The position numbers and the translations under genes are program-made. This document shows, in pieces, positions 7,488 to 12,242 of a stretch of 12,242 nt of DNA. Under the pieces are notes generated by a model that worked only from the letters and a program-made list of their open reading frames with translations, had not been told where the DNA came from and did not search any database. Position 1 is the stretch's first letter. The number at the start of each line of letters is the position of its first letter. Where the stretch lies: NCBI GenBank assembly GCA_046583315.1, contig JAYGCN010000236.1, positions 1 to 12,242 on the forward strand, given 5' to 3'. This stretch comes from Candidatus Hydrogenedentota bacterium. Its GTDB lineage: Bacteria > Hydrogenedentota > Hydrogenedentia > Hydrogenedentales > GCA-2746185.

Positions 7488-9080
7488 TCAATTCAGTGCA
7501 GCATCTTTTTCCACACGCGCCGCCCAGTTTTCCCAGGCTTGTGACAATTCCTCCAGCAACGGCGCGGCCTCACTCGAAAGGTCATACATCTCGGTGCGAT
7601 CCGACGCCAGGTTATACAATTCCCAGCCACTATCCCCGAATTGCACCGCTTTCCAGTCGCCTTGACGTACTGCGCGCGCGTTGCTGAATTGCCAGAATAA
7701 ATACTCGTGTCCCTCACGCGTTTCGCCTTTCAAAATCGGCACAAGGCTTTTCCCCTCCAGCGGCAGAATTTTCTTGTCGCCATACGTCTTCGGATAAGTC
7801 GTGTTGGCCAACTCAATAAAAGTCGCCATATAATCGACGATATGTCCGGGTTGATGCGTAATCGTATTCGCTTTAATCGTCTTCGGCCAGTGCGCGATCA
7901 TCGGTGTCGCGATACCGCCCTCATAATCCGAGCGTTTATATCGACGAAACGGCGTGTTCTGCACGTTGGCCCACGGCGGGTCAACGGTGCGATACGAATC
8001 CACCGTGCCCGGCGGCACGTCCTGCGTGATGTGCACGATTTCCGCGCATCCGCCATTATCCGACAGAAATACAATCAACGTGTTGTCCATTTTGTCCAGT
8101 GATTCCAATTTTTCAAGAATTCGACCGATATTCTGATCCATTCGATCCAGCATCGCGGCATACACGGCCATCTTCAAATCCCAATTGTCGCGACTTTTCG
8201 CGTCGTCCCATTTCAAGCCACGACCTTTGTTCCCGTTGAGCCTGACCAGGTCCCACTTATCCTTCTGCTCGACATTATTCCAGGACGGCACCCGCGAATC
8301 GCGCGGCGATAGCAGCCAGTTTTTGTCCACGATACCCATTTCGATCATGCGCGCATGACGTTCTTCGCGCAGCTTGTCCCACCCCTTCAAATACTTCCCA
8401 CGATACTTGGCAATGTCTTCGGCGCGCGCATGAAGCGGATAATGCGGAGCGGTGTAGGCCACATAGAGAAAGAAGGGGTCGTCGCCGGAACCCAGTTCAT
8501 CCAAATAGGTCAACGCATTATCAGTAAACGCGTCCGTTGTATAAAAATCCGGGTCTGTCGGCGTGAATGGTCGTGAAGTTTCCAGTCCAACAGCCCATTT
8601 ACGCGGAAAATTCTTCTCGGCGGGTTGCGGTTCATGATCGCGCTTGTGTCCGGGATTGAAAAAATTGCAACACCCATCGGTCAATCCGTAATAGCGTTCG
8701 AATCCCCGTTCAACGGGCAACTCCAGCGCATGCCACTTGCCTACCATCATCGTGCGATAGCCCGCGTCCTTCAATACCTCCGCCGTCGTCACCGAATTAC
8801 GCATCACCGCAGGCCCGTTCAGCACACCCGTCTGTTGCGAATACAACCCGGTCAACAGCGAAGCACGCGTAGGTGCACATTTTGCGTTGTTGTAAAACTG
8901 GGTAAATCGCAACCCACCCTTCGCAAGCCGATCCAGGTTTGGCGTATCGATTTCCCCGCCATAAGGCGCAATATCGGAATACCCCATATCATCCGCCATG
9001 ATCAGAACAATATTCGGGCGCTCATCCGCCGTTGCAATTGCGCAGACCAGCAGCGACAGGATCAATAGACTTCGATTCAT
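7488..9080 (-). CDS. Arylsulfatase-like formylglycine-dependent (Cys-type) sulfatase, exported
   Basis: Signal peptide then RPNIVLIMADDMGYSD; catalytic motif CAPTRASLLTG (8865-8879 for CAPTR); GKWH; PFFLYVAYTAPHYPLHA; FLSDNG; YEGGIATP; WELYNLASDRTE. Start 9080 (GAGG RBS, 16 bp after the upstream stop) preferred over 9149, which would overlap the upstream gene. Confidence 0.95.
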   Translation of the reverse strand: MNRSLLILSLLVCAIATADERPNIVLIMADDMGYSDIAPYGGEIDTPNLDRLAKGGLRFTQFYNNAKCAPTRASLLTGLYSQQTGVLNGPAVMRNSVTTAEVLKDAGYRTMMVGKWHALELPVERGFERYYGLTDGCCNFFNPGHKRDHEPQPAEKNFPRKWAVGLETSRPFTPTDPDFYTTDAFTDNALTYLDELGSGDDPFFLYVAYTAPHYPLHARAEDIAKYRGKYLKGWDKLREERHARMIEMGIVDKNWLLSPRDSRVPSWNNVEQKDKWDLVRLNGNKGRGLKWDDAKSRDNWDLKMAVYAAMLDRMDQNIGRILEKLESLDKMDNTLIVFLSDNGGCAEIVHITQDVPPGTVDSYRTVDPPWANVQNTPFRRYKRSDYEGGIATPMIAHWPKTIKANTITHQPGHIVDYMATFIELANTTYPKTYGDKKILPLEGKSLVPILKGETREGHEYLFWQFSNARAVRQGDWKAVQFGDSGWELYNLASDRTEMYDLSSEAAPLLEELSQAWENWAARVEKDAALN

Positions 9081-9096
9081 TACGATTTTCCTCTTT

Positions 9097-10506
9097 CTAT
9101 TCGTTACCATACACAGCAACCGATTCCGGCAACTCGCGATCCATCTCATCCAATCGATAGCCGAATCCCGGCCCCTTCAACGTACTTAAGTCTACTCCTC
9201 CATCCCGTCGCCTGTAAATGCCCGGATGCACCTGCGCCTCCGATTTCGACGCATCTGGATAAAATTGCATGGCGTTCGTTTCCACGCCCTGTATCGTTCC
9301 CGCATGCGCCGCCAACAGCACGTGCGGTATCTGCGCGAGCATCGGATTGGTTAAATCCTGCACCATCAACTCCATCCCGTGCGCCTTGGCCCAGCACAGC
9401 GACAACAACGCTCCCGTCTGTGTCTTGCAAGTCTTCAGCGCGACGCCCGTCCACCCGAGTCGCCTCCCGGATCGCACCACCTCCCAATCGTGCGCACTCT
9501 CATCCATATACAACGGTTTTCGCTCCGAAACCGAATGCACGTCAATCGCATTCGCCTCCAGATCGTAGGGAAAGGGCTGCTCAACGTACCGGATTCGATC
9601 ATAGATTTCCGGTTCCAGTGCCGCCAGCGAATCAAGAATATCGTTCACATACTCCGGCTTCTTCACCGTGCAATTAAAATCAGTCGTCAGAAAATGTACC
9701 TCGTGTTTCAGCGCAATTTTCCCCACGCGCACGATCCGATCAAAATCCCAACTACGATCAGTTCCCCGTAGCTTAATCTTCAAACAATCCAGACCGTCCG
9801 TCTCGATCCAATCCTCGAGCAACACCGGATACCCGTCGTCCGGCTCGTCTCCGGTCAAATCTTCTTCTCCGATTGGGTCCAGACCTCCCACGAGATGCCA
9901 CGCGGGCAAAATATCCGGGCACGGAAATTCCAGAAAGTCAGATGGAAATTTACCCACAAAGGAAACAGACTTGTCATCCGCTTCAAGGTATTTATTCAAA
10001 TCCCGATTCAAATATTCAGCAGAGTAACACTCATAAATCGGTTTTCCAACGACGTTGCCAAAGGCATCATGCAACGCGATATCGAACAGCGAACAACACA
10101 CCAGCCCCGCGAGCCAGGGCAAGGGTTCCAGGCCATATCGAGCCGTATCATTGAAGCGCGCCATCTCTTCGACCAGTTTCGTCTTCTGAAACGCGTGCCC
10201 GATTTCGAGCGGATCGCCCGACCTTTTGTGCCCCGCCCAGGCCTTCGCCAGCGCAATCGTGAACTTCTTCAGCGCCTCATGCCGTTCCGCGTAGGGCAAT
10301 CGCGACGGCCATACCCACTGCACGCTCAGCGGGGTCTCGCCCCAACCCGACGCTTTCTGCCGGGAGGCCGACTCCACATCCAGCTTGACCCGCGCACAGG
10401 TCACAGAGTCCAGCGTTTCCGGTCCAAATTTCAACGGCACGCGGGTCTGAACGGACATAAAATACAACTCGGCGCCCGTCACGCGGATATCGGTCCCTTT
10501 AGTCAT
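9097..10506 (-). CDS. Enolase superfamily enzyme (mandelate racemase/muconate lactonizing enzyme family)
   Basis: Capping-domain motifs PLKFG, GWGETPL and DIALHDAFG; barrel motifs KIK (KxK), metal ligands DFN, EQP and DES, and a second Lys in ALKTCK. Start 10506 with RBS AGGAG. No signal peptide, so cytoplasmic. Confidence 0.9.
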   Translation of the reverse strand: MTKGTDIRVTGAELYFMSVQTRVPLKFGPETLDSVTCARVKLDVESASRQKASGWGETPLSVQWVWPSRLPYAERHEALKKFTIALAKAWAGHKRSGDPLEIGHAFQKTKLVEEMARFNDTARYGLEPLPWLAGLVCCSLFDIALHDAFGNVVGKPIYECYSAEYLNRDLNKYLEADDKSVSFVGKFPSDFLEFPCPDILPAWHLVGGLDPIGEEDLTGDEPDDGYPVLLEDWIETDGLDCLKIKLRGTDRSWDFDRIVRVGKIALKHEVHFLTTDFNCTVKKPEYVNDILDSLAALEPEIYDRIRYVEQPFPYDLEANAIDVHSVSERKPLYMDESAHDWEVVRSGRRLGWTGVALKTCKTQTGALLSLCWAKAHGMELMVQDLTNPMLAQIPHVLLAAHAGTIQGVETNAMQFYPDASKSEAQVHPGIYRRRDGGVDLSTLKGPGFGYRLDEMDRELPESVAVYGNE

Positions 10507-10571
10507 GCCTCTCCTGGATGATACAGCTGGATTGTCTACCAGAAAGCATCGTAGCATGGTGATTCAGAAGT

Positions 10572-10600
10572 ATGCTAGTCTGAATGGCTCAGTGATTCAA
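10572..10600 (-). promoter_or_regulatory. Putative sigma70-type promoter for the enolase/sulfatase/heme-protein operon (TTGAAT-N17-TAGCAT)
   Basis: On the minus strand, -35 TTGAAT (10600-10595), exactly 17 nt spacer, -10 TAGCAT (10577-10572). Motif match only. Confidence 0.4.
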
Positions 10601-10619
10601 AATAGAAGGCTTCGACCCC

Positions 10620-11393
10620 ATGAATGTTCGCACCCTGCTCTGCACATTGCTTCTCTCCAGCATTCTTGCGCTCCACTCCTTCGCCGACAAACCCGTGCAT
10701 GCCATCTTCCTGTTGCATGAGGTCGAATATGAAACGTCGCGCACCGTACCCGAATTCGCTCGTGCGGAACTGGAAGAGAAACTCGGCTGGAAATGCACCT
10801 TCCTCATCGGCGATCGCCCCCACCAGCTTCCCGGCACAGAAATCGTCGAAGATGCCGACGTGTTATTCATCTCCGTCCGACGACAGATCTTACCCTGGGA
10901 ACAACTCGACCCGATCATAAAGCACTGCAAGGCCGGAAAACCCGTCGTGGGCATCCGTACCGCTAGTCATGCGTGGATCCTCCAGAAAAGACCTCCGAAA
11001 AATGGAGTGCATTGACCAACATTCGATCAGGACGTGCTTGGCGGAAACTATCATGGACATTACAACAACAAGGCGCCCGATACCCCGCGTTCCTTTATCT
11101 GGGGACAGGAAAACGAGAAACACCCCATTATGAAAGGCCTTTCCACGGATAAACGAATCACGACCTGCTGGCTCTACAAGGTTGGGCCTCTCGCGGATAC
11201 GGCGACCCCGCTTATGTGGGGACAATACCTCGATAATCCACCCGAGCCCGTCGCATCGACCAATATCAATAAATTCGGCGGTCGTGTATACTATATCGCA
11301 CTTGGGCACCCGGATGATTTCGAATCGGACGACTTCAGAACCATGTTACGCAATGGCATGTTGTGGGCTGTAAAGAAATCTCCAAACGAATAA
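10620..11393 (+). pseudogene. ThuA-like (class I glutamine-amidotransferase-like fold) exported protein interrupted by an in-frame TGA at 11013-11015
   Basis: ORFs 10620..11015 and 11034..11393 are in the same frame and read through as ...KNGVH*PTFDQDVLGGNYHGHY... Signal peptide; motifs EYETSRTVPEFA, ADVLFISVRR, GKPVVGIRTASHA, HPIMKG, LYK, EPVAST and GGRVYYIALGHPDDF..FRTMLRNGMLWA span both halves. Confidence 0.85.
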
Positions 11394-11407
11394 AAGAGGA
11401 CCTATCC

Positions 11408-12242
11408 ATGTTTCGCGCCATCCTGACTCTTTGCATTACCTCACTCCTAACCGTGCAGGCCTTCGCGGCGCAGGACCGGCCGAACATTATCTGGTTATCC
11501 GCCGAAGACATTAGCGCACACCTCGGGTGCTATGGCGACCCCGATGCCATCACTCCCACGCTCGATGCATTGGCTGCAAATGGATTACGCTACTCCAATG
11601 CTTTCACCACCGCTCCGGTCTGTGCGCCCAACCGTTCCGCGATCATCACCGGCCTCTATCAAATGTCCATCGGCTCTCACCACATGCGCGCGGGTGGTGA
11701 AGGCTCCGACCGTAGCATCCTCCCAAAACTTCCGCCAGAGATCCGACCTTTCCCCGAATATCTGCGCGAAGCGGGTTACTATGTGACAAACAATTCCAAA
11801 AAGGACTACAACTTCGACTACGCCGGCGACATCTGGAACGCATCGAGCAAATACGCCCATTGGTCGAACCGTCCAGCCAAAGACACCCCCTTCTTCGCGG
11901 TATTCAACTACACCGATACCCACGAAGGCTCCGTACGTTCTGCGCCGAAAGCCTACGCGCAAAAAACCGAAAGCCTCACGGATGAACAACGTCGCAATCC
12001 CGACGATCTGTTCATCCCCCCCTACCACGCGGACACCCCGGTGATTCGTCGACAATGGGCCAATCTGCACGAGCTCGTTACGGGCATGGATTACTGGGTC
12101 GCCGAACATTTGCAGAATCTTGAGGACGCGGGACTCGCCGACAATACCATCGTCGTGTTTTGGTCCGACCACGGGACGGGATTGCCCCGCCACAAACGTT
12201 GGGTCTACGATACCGGCGTGAAGATCCCGCTGATCGTGTACG
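11408..12242 (+). CDS. Cys-type sulfatase, sulfamidase (N-sulfoglucosamine sulfohydrolase)-like, exported; runs off the right edge
   Basis: Not in the ORF track; translated by hand and open to the window end: MFRAILTLCITSLLTVQAFAAQDRPNIIWLSAEDISAHLGCYGD...TPTLD...VCAPNRSAIITG (CAPNR at 11621-11635)...HHMR...NNSKKDYNF...PFFAVFN...IPPYHADTP...FWSDHGTGLPRHKRWVYDTGVKIPLI. RBS GAGGA at 11396-11400. Confidence 0.93.
   Translation, partial: MFRAILTLCITSLLTVQAFAAQDRPNIIWLSAEDISAHLGCYGDPDAITPTLDALAANGLRYSNAFTTAPVCAPNRSAIITGLYQMSIGSHHMRAGGEGSDRSILPKLPPEIRPFPEYLREAGYYVTNNSKKDYNFDYAGDIWNASSKYAHWSNRPAKDTPFFAVFNYTDTHEGSVRSAPKAYAQKTESLTDEQRRNPDDLFIPPYHADTPVIRRQWANLHELVTGMDYWVAEHLQNLEDAGLADNTIVVFWSDHGTGLPRHKRWVYDTGVKIPLIVY

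Noticed and set aside
6961..7665. 234-aa plus-strand ORF, and the repeated DNA encoding the LEDTDGDG motifs (about 7025-7050 and 7160-7190)
   Set aside because: The ORF is an antisense shadow; the repeat is a protein-level motif normal for this family.
9081..9149. Upstream extension of the sulfatase to 9149 (likewise the enolase extension 10507-10557)
   Set aside because: Downstream ATGs at 9080 and 10506 have good RBSs; the sulfatase extension would overlap the enolase gene and bury the signal peptide.
11013..11041. Selenocysteine or an alternative genetic code for the ThuA TGA; a weak hairpin CCAA...TTGG follows the codon
   Set aside because: The position appears to be Trp rather than Cys in homologs, the hairpin is weak and bulged, long genes here use TGG for Trp without internal TGA, and two genes end in TGA.
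11585..12193. 202-aa minus-strand ORF and 84-aa plus-strand ORF 11532..11786
   Set aside because: Both are shadows of the real sulfatase starting at 11408, which the track missed because it has no stop in the window.
1..12242. CRISPR arrays, tRNA/rRNA, IS elements, prophage or defence genes
   Set aside because: All intergenic gaps are 113 bp or shorter and I saw no such repeats or protein motifs.

Overview
Gene-dense bacterial window with no RNA genes, mobile elements or CRISPR that I can see. The gene types (PVC-type heme protein, sulfatases, ThuA-like protein, ECF sigma) resemble those of Planctomycetota/Verrucomicrobiota/Hydrogenedentota-like genomes; this is inference only. There are four blocks. 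(1) Minus strand: DUF4112 protein, a lipoprotein PQQ alcohol dehydrogenase with the lanthanide-type WDYD motif, a C-terminally truncated ECF sigma factor, and an SDR oxidoreductase running off the left edge. (2) A divergent, uncharacterised Gly-rich polytopic membrane protein. (3) Minus-strand operon: enolase-superfamily enzyme, exported Cys-type sulfatase, and a ~1015-aa beta-propeller/helical-repeat/monoheme cytochrome c protein. (4) Plus strand: a ThuA-like gene interrupted by one in-frame TGA, then a second sulfatase running off the right edge. The two edge genes are missing from the ORF track. The best leads are a non-XoxF lanthanide-type PQQ dehydrogenase coupled to DUF4112, a possible desulfate/oxidise/dehydrate pathway for sulfated sugars, a nested palindrome over a divergent promoter, and the single TGA in the ThuA gene.
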